NCBI GenBank assembly: GCA_963767005.1
Contig: CAVYCN010000005.1
Coordinates: forward strand, 1 to 54,150
From: an uncultured Actinomycetes bacterium
GTDB lineage: Bacteria > Actinomycetota > Thermoleophilia > UBA2241
Reading direction: 5' to 3'
Length of the DNA stretch: 54,150 nucleotides
Position numbers and translations under genes: made by a program. A model generated the notes under the pieces. It was given only the letters and a program-made list of their open reading frames with translations. It did no database searches and was not told the DNA's origin. This document shows, in pieces, positions 1-8,921 of the stretch (position 1 is its first letter; every line of letters begins with the position of its first letter).

Positions 1-328
1 TTACGTGTTACCACCCGTGGCTCGAGAGAGGCGGGGCTCGGCATCATCGGAAAGCGGACCAACGAGCAGGGCCAGGTCCAGAACGATGGCGTCGTTGCGT
101 TGGATGGATTCAGAGTGGAAAGGTGTTCCTCTTGTTTCAAATAGATGATCAGAGTTCGGCATTCGGTCAAACGAGTACTGACCACCCGTCGCCTCAGAGA
201 GAAGTGATCCCTGAAAGCCTGCAACCCGAAGGGGTAGAAGGTGTTGGGCCGTCGGTGAATCCATCCGAGGACGGCGGCCTGCCGACTTGCACCGCGCCAG
301 CCTGGGGCCGACAAGCTCGACCAACAAG

Positions 329-974
329 ATGCGCGCGCGGGTTCTCGACGACCCCAGACCGAGCTTGCCGCCCGCTGCCGCCAGGATAGTCGACGCCGCA
401 CAACGAGTGCTCTTGAGAAAGGGCTTCGGGGGGCTGACCCTCAAGGCGATCGCCGAAGACTCCGGCGAGAACTCCGCTATGGTGCAGTACTACTTCGATA
501 ACAAAGCGGGCCTGGTGAAGGCGATGATCGACGCAAACTTTCGCGAGGAGCAAGAGGACGTCGCCTTGGCCATGAGCTCGGTCACTGGTGACGACCTCCT
601 GCCCAAGTTCGTAGAGGGCCTGCGGACCATAAGTCTTTCGAGGTCGTATCGCGTCTTCTTCGACATTCTGCCCTACGTCCTGCGCCATGAGCGGTTCAAG
701 AATCGCATGGCTGAGGTGCTCGAGTGGTATCGCCAGATCAAGCTGGACTGGTTAAGGGCTAGGGTCGGATTCGCCAGCTCAGACTGACGCTATGCTAGGT
801 TTTGCCGAGCTAATGGTCGCGGTGGTGGATGGTCTTGCCATACAGAAGGCCGTCGACGACGAGTTCGACCTGGCGCGGCCCTACGCGGTGTTAGAGTCTA
901 TGCTGGATAAGTGTCTTCCGGAGCTGCTCGGCACCGATTCTGGTTCGGAGCTGAGAGCCGGTATCACCAAGTAG
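329..974 (+). CDS. TetR/AcrR family transcriptional regulator, split by a frameshift near 785
   Basis: N-terminal HTH 'RIVDAAQRVLLRKGFGGLTLKAIAEDSGENSAMVQYYFDNKAGL'. The C-terminal TetR helix 'AELMVAVVDGLAIQKAVD' continues in another frame (ORF 792-974). Confidence 0.85.
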
Positions 975-1040
975 CGCCACTGCACGTCGCCCTTCGAGTC
1001 AGGGTTCACGAGAGCGTCCCCACGCAGGACTGGTATCGTT

Positions 1041-1208
1041 GCCGGGAAGACCGTGCCGCTGCCCGAGTCGGTGCAGGCCGACATCGACTACGATCAGCTC
1101 CTCGTGCCGATCGTGGGTTCGCGGATCACGGACGAGATGATGGTGCTCGCCTGCCAGCTCGCCACCGAGAAGCAGTCCGGTGGGCAGCTGACGGAAAGCT
1201 GCGGCTGA
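1041..1208 (+). pseudogene. Fragment of a universal stress protein (USP) domain
   Basis: Hand translation from 1041, with no start codon: AGKTVPLPESVQADIDYDQLLVPIVGSRITDEMMVLACQLATEKQS. This matches the 'Y..ILVP..GS....A...A..LA' start of USP domains. Confidence 0.6.
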
Positions 1209-1529
1209 TGGTTCGGCAAGTCGACCTCGTCTACGCGCGTTGGGTAGCCTACGCGAGCGGTGTCGAGACGTGGCCGAGTCAGGCCGGCTATGACGAGGGC
1301 GGCGAGGCACGGGGCCGCGTCCCGCCAAGTGGTGTGCGATTCTGACTGCAGGGCCGTCCTCGCAGCGTGATGCTCCTGCACCGCGGCTATCGCTACCTCC
1401 AAGGCGGCCTCTGGGCCGCTCGATGCCACGGTCCCGCGATAGCCTCGAGGCTGACGTGCCGGCGGTTCCGTCGGCCCACTCACCGTTCTTCCGGCCAGCA
1501 GCGCGCCAATCAGGCGTAGCACAGCCGTG

Positions 1530-1845
1530 CGGTTGGGGAAGATGCCGACGTCGCTACGCCGGCGGACCTCGCGAGGATGTCGGGACCGGCCTGCTCAAGG
1601 AGCTCGGTCGCGGCCGGGAGCGCTCGGAGTTGCTCGACGATGCGCGCGTGCTGCTCATGTACTGAAGGCGCGTCGGGCCGCGCGAAGATCGAGTGCACCA
1701 TGCCGGCCACCGCCGGCTGAACGGGTTTGGGCACGCGGGCCAATAGGTTGCGCACAAAGTGCGTGCGACACCTCTGCCAGGACGCCCTGGGCGGGGTGGC
1801 CCCGAGGGCGTCGACGAGACCCTCGTGAGCGTCGCTTGTGACGGG
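1530..1845 (-). mobile_element. IS256-family (mutator-type) transposase internal fragment
   Basis: 'TSDAHEGLVDAL....PRASWQRCRTHFVRNLLARVPK....VAGMVHSIF' is the IS256 DDE-region signature. Both termini are missing. Confidence 0.85.
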
Positions 1846-1940
1846 CATCACCCGTGCGGACCGCGAGCCACCAGGCTGCACAGGAAGGCGGTCCAACCGG
1901 CGCCGTGCTCGGCGGTGACCCGGCGCCCGTGATCAGTCGT

Positions 1941-2030
1941 CCCGAGCGACCCCTGGCCAAGATGACGGCACTGGGCGCCTGCATGAACAAGCTCCTGCTC
2001 TACGCCTTTGCCGTGATAAAGCGCCAGCGA
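1941..2030 (+). mobile_element. IS110-family transposase C-terminal remnant
   Basis: 'PLAKMTALGACMNKLLLYAFAVIK' resembles the IS110 C-terminal 'K..AL.ACMRKLL...(F/Y)A.LK' helix. Confidence 0.55.
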
Positions 2031-2104
2031 GCCTCGAGGCGCTCGGGAGCCTCGGTTTTCACTTCGTCCAAAAAGTATAGGTACACATCAATCTTCTGGA
2101 CGTA

Positions 2105-2134
2105 TTGACAAATAATCAATTAGTTGATTAGGTT
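2105..2134 (+). promoter_or_regulatory. Sigma-70 promoter with a palindromic operator, upstream of the permease cluster
   Basis: TTGACA (2105-2110), 18-nt spacer, TAGGTT (2129-2134). Perfect inverted repeat TAATCAA-ttag-TTGATTA at 2113-2130. Confidence 0.7.
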
Positions 2135-2311
2135 GGCCCGTCGATCGCCAGGTCGGCGTTGGGACGGCCTATTGTCCTACAGGGGGGTAGTGCGTGCGGA
2201 CGTTTAGCTTCTAGACGGCAACCAAGTTTGAGTTTGGCAGCGTCTCGGCGCATGAACGCGACGAGATGCGATTCTGAACAGCCTCTGCAGCCAACCAGAG
2301 AGGAGTCGCGC

Positions 2312-3821
2312 ATGTCAGCACAAGGAAGTAGCCTCCCACCTCACGCCGGCTCAGTTCAGAGTGTTGATCGTCTGAAAGCCCACCAACTCGGCATTGTCGA
2401 ACTGATGGTCACGAGCGCTTCGTATACGGCTCCAGCCATGAGCCTCTTCTTCGCCGTTTCCGTTATGGCTGGATCCGTCGGGCTTCACATCGGGGCCGCG
2501 TTCATCGTCGCTGCGATCGGCATCTTCTGCACGACCAGCGCAATCGTCCAATTCTCCAAGAAGATCCCAAGTGCGGGCAGTTTTCAGACATTCATCGCCC
2601 GTAGCCTCGGGCCGAACCAATCTTTCTGGATCGCCATCTGTCTAGTCGTCGGCTATATCCTCCTCCAAGCCGGCGTGATCACCATCTTCGGGTGGTGGAT
2701 AACCAACATGATCAATCACTATGGGGAGTAAATATTCCTTGGCAGATTTTCGCCGTACTAGGTTCGGTTGGCTACGGTTATCTAATGATTCGTGGTGTCA
2801 GTATATCCACAAAGCTCACGGTCATTCTCTATGTGGTTGAGTTCGTTATCATCGCTGCATTGGGAGTGGTGATTCTAGTCGAGGGCGCTCCGACAGGCCA
2901 CGGCGTTTCCGTTACTCCCCTTCTTCCAACGTCGTTCTCGTTTGGTGGACTCAAACCATTGTTTCTTGCAATTGTCTTCTCAGTCTACTGTTTCATCGGC
3001 TTTGAAGGTGCCGCCTCGTACGCTGAAGAAACATCGAATCCGCGCCGCAACATCCCTATAGGGCTTTGGTCGGCGGTAGCTATTATTGGTGCGCTCTACA
3101 TCTTTTCGGGATGGACAACAGCGTTAGGATTTCGGTCTGGCGCTGACCTAGCTTCGTCAAGTTCTCCATATCTGGCACTAGGCCAGCACTATCTCGGCTT
3201 TCTTGTCATTATTATCTACATTTGTGGCTTTACGAGTACATCATCAAATATTATGTCGGCAGGAAATGCAAACATTCGCATTCTCTTCAACTGCGGTCGC
3301 GAAAGATTCCTGCCGAAATTCTTTGGTCATGTGCATGCCACACATCGTACGCCTGACTACGCTACTATATTCTTCCTTGGGGTGTGTCTGATACTTGCTC
3401 TCGGAGCGTCAATATGGTGGGGCGGCTTGACTATCTATGCTCTGTGGAGCGGACTTGGTGCGCTGCTCTGTATCATTGCGTACCTCGCATCGAATATAGG
3501 TGTGGGAGTCTACTATTACCAGAAATGGCGGTCAGAATTCTCCATTTTCACCATGCTATTGTGCCAATCATAGCAATTGCGGTGTGGGGATATACGCTTT
3601 ACGACTCTTTGAAGCCGGCTCCTTTCCCAGCGAATGTGTACCCCTGGGGACTGGGTGCCGTCGTGGCGGGTTCGATTGTCTATCTCCTGTTCAAACGTCG
3701 GCGTGATCCTGAGGTTGTGCGGAATATTGGTAGCATCATTACGAATGTTGATATGGAAGGTGCGGTGTTCGAGGAAGTTGATAAGGAGGTTGGTGCGGAA
3801 GCCATTGCGCCTTCGAACTGA
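2312..3821 (+). CDS. APC-family amino acid/polyamine permease (two frameshifts, near 2725 and 3560)
   Basis: RBS GAGGAG before ATG 2312. Motifs 'IPSAGSFQTFI..SLG', 'FIGFEGAASYAEETSNPRRNIP' and 'RERFLPKFFGHVH..HRTP' are spread over three ORFs, with about 12 hydrophobic segments. Confidence 0.88.
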
Positions 3822-3884
3822 ACAGCACTAATGATTGGAACGAACCGAAGTGAAGTCATGTGAGCGATTTGGAGGGCTGCAGGG

Positions 3885-5039
3885 ATGGAATTCGCGTTCT
3901 TTGCTCCGCAAAAGACGAAGTTCGGGGCCGGTGTTGTCGCAGAAGTTGGAGACGAAGTCCGACGGCTGGGGGGAAGTCGCGTCTTGGTCGTGACTGATCC
4001 TGGGCTGAAGGCAAGCGGCGTCGCTGAACGTGTTGTTGCAATCATTGGAGAGCGCGTCGAGCACGTTGAGGTATTCGATGAAGTTGTGGCTAACCCAATG
4101 GACGATGATTGCGCTCGGGGCGCCTCCCTGGCCTCCGACATGAAGGCCGACTTGATTGTTGGCCTCGGCGGAGGCAGCTCGATGGACACCGCCAAGGCGA
4201 TCGCAGTCATCATCACTCATGGCGGCAAGCCCAGTGACTACTTCGGCGCCGATACCCTGAGGAAGCCCATCGCTCCCCTCGTCTGCGTGCCAACGACCGC
4301 GGGCACCGGCAGCGAAGTGACTCCATTTGCGGTGATCACAGACTCGAAGACACGTGTCAAGATGAACATCCTTGACCCGGGCGTGGTCCCTACGTCGTCG
4401 TTCGTTGATCCCGAGCTCACCGTCTCCATGCCCGCCGGCCTAACGGCCTCGACAGGCATGGATGCCCTCACGCACGCCGTGGAAGCCTACACCTGCAAGC
4501 TCGCCAATCCCTTGACCGACGCGCTCGCGATCAAAGCTGTGGGGATCATCGCAGGAAGTCTGCGCCGGGCAGTTGCCGACGGGTCTGATGCCGACGCACG
4601 CAATGAGATGGCGCTCGGCAGCCTCATCGCCGGCTTCGCTTTCGGGAACGCCGACGTCGGCGGAGTGCACTGCATGGCTGAAGCCATCGGCGGCTTCTAC
4701 GACACGCCTCACGGAGTGGCCAACTCCGTCTTCCTGCCGCTGGTAACCGAATTCAACGTGCCCTTCGCCGTGAAGAAGCACGCTGATGTTGCAGTCGCGT
4801 TGGGAGCCGACACGACTGGCATGGATGACGCCGAAGCCTCAGCCGCTGGTGTTGCGGCCATTCGGCAGTTGGCGGCAGACCTGGACATCCCGAAGTTCAG
4901 TGGCCTCAAGGGCGTCAAGGAATCCGACTTCGCAACCCTGGCGAAGCTAGCAGCAGCGAACGTCTCGGCTGACAGCAATGCTCGACCTGCCGGAGAAGCA
5001 GAGTATCTCGAGCTCTTCGGCAAGGCGTGGGCAGAGTGA
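3885..5039 (+). CDS. Iron-containing alcohol dehydrogenase (1,3-propanediol dehydrogenase-like family)
   Basis: GGGSSMDTAK, VPTTAGTGSE, GMDALTHAVE, VHCMAE and PHGVANS motifs; 384 aa, intact. Confidence 0.95.
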   Translation: MEFAFFAPQKTKFGAGVVAEVGDEVRRLGGSRVLVVTDPGLKASGVAERVVAIIGERVEHVEVFDEVVANPMDDDCARGASLASDMKADLIVGLGGGSSMDTAKAIAVIITHGGKPSDYFGADTLRKPIAPLVCVPTTAGTGSEVTPFAVITDSKTRVKMNILDPGVVPTSSFVDPELTVSMPAGLTASTGMDALTHAVEAYTCKLANPLTDALAIKAVGIIAGSLRRAVADGSDADARNEMALGSLIAGFAFGNADVGGVHCMAEAIGGFYDTPHGVANSVFLPLVTEFNVPFAVKKHADVAVALGADTTGMDDAEASAAGVAAIRQLAADLDIPKFSGLKGVKESDFATLAKLAAANVSADSNARPAGEAEYLELFGKAWAE

Positions 5040-5260
5040 GCAGAGCACTTGGCCAGTTTGAGGACTCTTCTGCCGCGGCTCTTCGGAAGGAAGTCATTCG
5101 GAAGGGGCCAGCTCGGATAGCCGGCGCCGTGAGCAGCGCTCTTGAGGGCAGACAAGTGCTGGCGAGGGCCTGAACGGCCGCGGCCTCGCTATGTGCCAGT
5201 CAGGAACAGTCAGCCAGGGGCGAGTGGCCTGGGGGGAAGCCCCGGCACGGAAGGAGAAAC

Positions 5261-6772
5261 ATGGATCAGTTAGTCGAGACAGGCCGCTTCAACCTTCTCG
5301 AACCCTTCAAGCAGAACTACGGCACGATCCGCAACTTCGTCGACGGCGAGTGGGTCGAGCCCAAGACCGACCGCTACCTCGACATCATCAACCCCGCCAC
5401 GGCAGCGCCATCGGCAAGGTGCCGCTGACCACCAAGACCGAGACCGACAAGGCCATCAAGGCCGCCCACGACGCCTACTGGGACTGGCGCTCCACGCCGC
5501 CGATCGTGCGGGCGCGCTACATGTTCAAGATCAAGGCGCTCCTCGACAAGCACCACGAGGAGATCGCCCGCATCACCACGCAGGAGCACGGCAAGGCGAT
5601 CGACGAAGCCCGCGGCGAGACCCTGCGCTCGATCGAGAACGTCGAGACGGCGGCCGGCATCACCAGCCTGATGATGGGCTACAACCTCGAGGACGGCGCC
5701 GCCAAGAACATCGACGAGACCGTCGTGCGCCAGCCGCTCGGCGTCTTTGCCTGCGTCAGCCCCTTCAACTTCCCCGGCATGGTGCCGTTCTGGTTCTGGC
5801 CCTACGCCGTGGCCAGCGGCAACACCTTCGTGATCAAGGTCTCCGAGCAGACCCCGCTCACCCTCACGCGCACCTTCGAGATCCTGCAGGACGCCGACCT
5901 GCCCGACGGCGTGCTCAACCTGGTGCACGGCGACAAGGAAGCCGTCGACGCCATCCTCGACAGCCCGCTGGTCAAGGGCGTCACGTTCGTCGGCTCGACG
6001 CCGGTCGGCAAGTACATCTACGCCCGCTGCGGCGCAGACCGGCAAGCGCGCCATCGTGCCAGGCCGGCGCCAAGAACTTCCTCACCGTCATGCCCGACGC
6101 CGAGATCGACCGCTCCACCGGCAACATGATGGCCTTCGTTCTTCGGCTGCACCGGCCAGCGCTGCCTGGCCGGCGCCAACCTCATGGCCGTGGGCGACAT
6201 CTACGAGGAGCTCAAAGAGAAGTTCGTCGCCGCCGCCGAGCCGCTCAAGGTCGGCCCCGGCCTCGACGAGTCGGTCAACATGGGCCCGATCATCTCCCAG
6301 CAAGAGCCTCGAGCGCGTGCACGGCTACATCGAGCATGGCCGTCAAGCAGGGCGCCACGGTGCTGCTCGACGGCCGCGACGTCGTCGTGCCGGGCTTCGA
6401 GGGCGGCTACTACATCGGGCCGACCGTGCTCGACAACGTCACCCCCGACATGACCCACGCCCAGGAGGAGATCTTCGGGCCGGTCGCCTCGATCATCCGC
6501 GTCAAGGACTTGGACGAGGCGATCAAGATCACCAACGCCTCGCCCTTCGGCAACGCCGCCTAGCATCTACACCACGAGCGGCCGCAGCGCGCGCACGTTC
6601 TGGTACAAGGTCCAGGCCGGCAACATCGGCGTGAACCTGGGCATCGCCGCCGCCATGGCCTACTTCCCGTTCGCCGGCCAGAAGGACTCGTTCTTCGGCA
6701 CGATGCACGGCCAGGGCAAAGACGCGGTGCAGTTCTTCACCGACTCGCAAGGTCGTCATCACCCGCTGGTAG
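5261..6772 (+). CDS. mmsA: CoA-acylating (methyl)malonate-semialdehyde dehydrogenase (several indels)
   Basis: RBS AAGGAG. Motifs '[17 protein letters not shown]...[13 protein letters not shown]', '[12 protein letters not shown]', 'AKNF', 'GQRCLA', 'EEIFGP' and '[25 protein letters not shown]', typical of the MMSDH/IolA family. Confidence 0.88.
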
Positions 6773-6801
6773 GCGCGGGGCGACCGACAAAGGAGAGAGA
6801 C

Positions 6802-7251
6802 GTGGCTCGACAGTTCCCCGAGATCGTGGCCTACGGCTCGGCCTTCCGCTTCGCCCTGGAGGCCGAGGAGGCGTGCGCCGACCTCGCCGCCGCCGCCGAC
6901 GCCCTGGCGCCCGACGGCGCCTGGCAGGCCAAGCTCGAGGAGCTCGCCTGCGCGCCATCGCGACCGCGTCGAGAAGCTCACCGTGATCCGCCAAGAGGTC
7001 AACGAGATGATCCTCGAGCCGATCCACTCGCTCGACGGCGCGGCCTACCTCGGCGCCCTCGACGCAGGACCCGGCGACCACCTGGCCGGCCGTCGTCGAG
7101 CAGCTCATCGCCGCCGAAGAGCGACGCGGCGCGCTACCACGACGACTTCGTCGCGCAGTGCGAAGACGTGCTGGCCGCCAGCGCGCGCGCCTTCAAGAAG
7201 GCCGCCAAGCAGGACCGGGCGGCGGCCGACGAGCTGCGAGGGATGCTTTGA
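6802..7251 (+). CDS. Small ferritin/rubrerythrin-like helical protein (frameshifted)
   Basis: RBS AAGGAG before GTG. Reconstructed sequence '[11 protein letters not shown]...LEELACAHRDR...[11 protein letters not shown]...IAAEE.AARYH' shows the paired E..E/H helix pattern of ferritin-like bundles. Confidence 0.55.
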   Translation: MARQFPEIVAYGSAFRFALEAEEACADLAAAADALAPDGAWQAKLEELACAPSRPRREAHRDPPRGQRDDPRADPLARRRGLPRRPRRRTRRPPGRPSSSSSSPPKSDAARYHDDFVAQCEDVLAASARAFKKAAKQDRAAADELRGML

Positions 7252-7255
7252 CCTT

Positions 7256-7430
7256 GATGGCAAGTGAAGTGTCGCTTCGGATGGAAGGTATGGCGGTCAT
7301 AGCCCCCATACGACCGCCCGCCCACGCCGAAGCGGCTAGGGGAGATTTGCCGTCTGGATCGTTGGATTCAGGATCTCCCTGCCTCCCAGGAAGCGGCCCC
7401 GGCCCGTCAGCCGCCCGGGGCCGCTTCTCT
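7256..7430 (+). ncRNA. Structured intergenic RNA / 5' leader of the aminotransferase (IS110 left-end-like)
   Basis: Nested stems 7256-7265/7345-7354, 7272-7280/7327-7335 and 7292-7298/7312-7318, plus a 13-bp hairpin 7390-7402/7415-7427 followed by TCTTT. Confidence 0.55.
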
Positions 7431-7488
7431 TTGAGTCAACCGAAGATCGCGGCGCGCATCGCGTACCGATGAGTGAAAGGCAGGCAGC

Positions 7489-8786
7489 ATGGGTGTCCAG
7501 GACCAGTACCGCGACTACGTCATGACCGGCTTCGTCAAGCGCATCGAGCCGGTCGTGGTCGACCACGGCGAGGGCGCCAGGCTCTACGACGCCGACGGCA
7601 AGGAGTACGTCGACTGCTTCGCCGGCATCTCGGTGACCAACGCCGGCCACCACAACGCGGCCATCCTCGAGGCCGCCAAGGCCCAGGCCGACAAGATCGT
7701 CCACGCCTGCAGCTACGTCTACTACGTGCCCACCGTCGGCGAGCTGGCCGAGAAGCTCGCCGAGGTCACCCCCGGCAAGCTGCAGAAGACCTTCTTCTGC
7801 AACTCCGGCGCCGAGGCCAACGAAGGCGCCATGCGCCTCGCCAAGCGCTACTCGGGCCGCTGCGAGTTCGTGGCCCTCGAGTCGAGCTTCCACGGGCGCA
7901 CCTACGCGACCCTCTCGATCACCGGCAACTCGGGCCGCAAGAAGGGCGGCGGCCCCTACATGCCGGGCGTCGCCTTCACCGTCACGCCGTACTGCTACCG
8001 CTGCCCGCTCGGCCTCGAAGAGGAGACCTGCGGTCTGGCCTGCGCCGAGCGCGTGCGCGAGGTCGTGCGCCTGCACCTGTCGGGCGAGTGCTGCGCCTTC
8101 ATCGCCGAGCCGGTGATGGGCGAGGGCGGCATCATCGTGCCGCCGGCCGGCTACTTCAAGGCCGTCAAGAAGATCCTCGACGACGAGGGCATCCTCTTCA
8201 TCGCCGACGAGGTGCAGAGCGGCTTCGGGCGCACCGGCAAGCTGTTTGCCATCGAGCACTACGGCGTGGAGCCCGACATCATCACCATGGCCAAGGGCAT
8301 CGCCGACGGCTGGCCGCTGGGCGCCTTCATCGGCCCGCGCCGAGATCGCCGACTCCTTCCAGGTCGGCGACCACCTCTCGACCTTCGGCGGCAACCCGGT
8401 GAGCTGCGCCGCCTCGCTCGCCAACATCGACTTCATGCAGAAGACCGACCTGCCCGGCCAGGCGCGCGGCCAAGGGCGAGAAGCTCATGGCGCGCTTCCG
8501 CGAGCACGCCGCCCACGAGCCGCTGATCGGCGAGGTGCGCGGCAAGGGCCTCATGATCGGCATCGAGCTCGTCAAGGACCGCGAGACCAAGGCCTACGCC
8601 ACGGCCGAGGCCGGCTTTGTGCGCAACTACTGCCTCGAGCACGGCGTGCTGATCGGCGTGGGCGGCAACTTCGGCAACGTGCTGCGCCTGCAGCCGCCGC
8701 TGGTGATCGACGACGCCGAGCTCGACACGGTGTTCGCCACCGTGGCCGAGGCCATCGAAGCGGCGCGCACGACCGTTCGGGCGTAG
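7489..8786 (+). CDS. Class III PLP-dependent aminotransferase (GabT/omega-amine transaminase family), frameshifts near 8335-8470
   Basis: 'LYDADGKEYVDCFAGI', 'NSGAEANEGA', 'SFHGRT', 'FIADEVQSGFGRTG', 'DIITMAKGIA', 'STFGGNP', 'VRGKGLMIG', 'VLRLQPPL'. Confidence 0.93.
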
Positions 8787-8921
8787 CAGCGAGGTTGAAT
8801 GAGCCTCGACTGAGGTTGAGAGGTGCGGGAGTGCAGGCTCCACTACGTTGCCGTAGCCAGACTAACAGGCGATTTCCGCTCAGTGAATAGCGCTTTGATC
8901 AAGCCACCCCGGAGGGGCGCC

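Noticed and set aside
1-286. Possible ORFs and a GGTCA-N9-TGACC inverted repeat at the window start
   Set aside because: No recognisable protein motifs, and the repeat is too short to support without upstream context.
785-787. TGA in tetR as possible selenocysteine
   Set aside because: The C-terminal half is in a different frame, which indicates a simple indel.
6561-6563. In-frame TAG in mmsA as possible pyrrolysine readthrough
   Set aside because: The conserved sequence (NAASIYT) continues in a shifted frame, so this is a 1-nt insertion, not recoding.
7380-7395. TGCCTCCC..GGAAG as the 3' end of a Moco/Wco riboswitch
   Set aside because: The matching 5' elements and the terminal GGAAAGGAG are not visible. 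Kept only as an alternative to test by cmscan.
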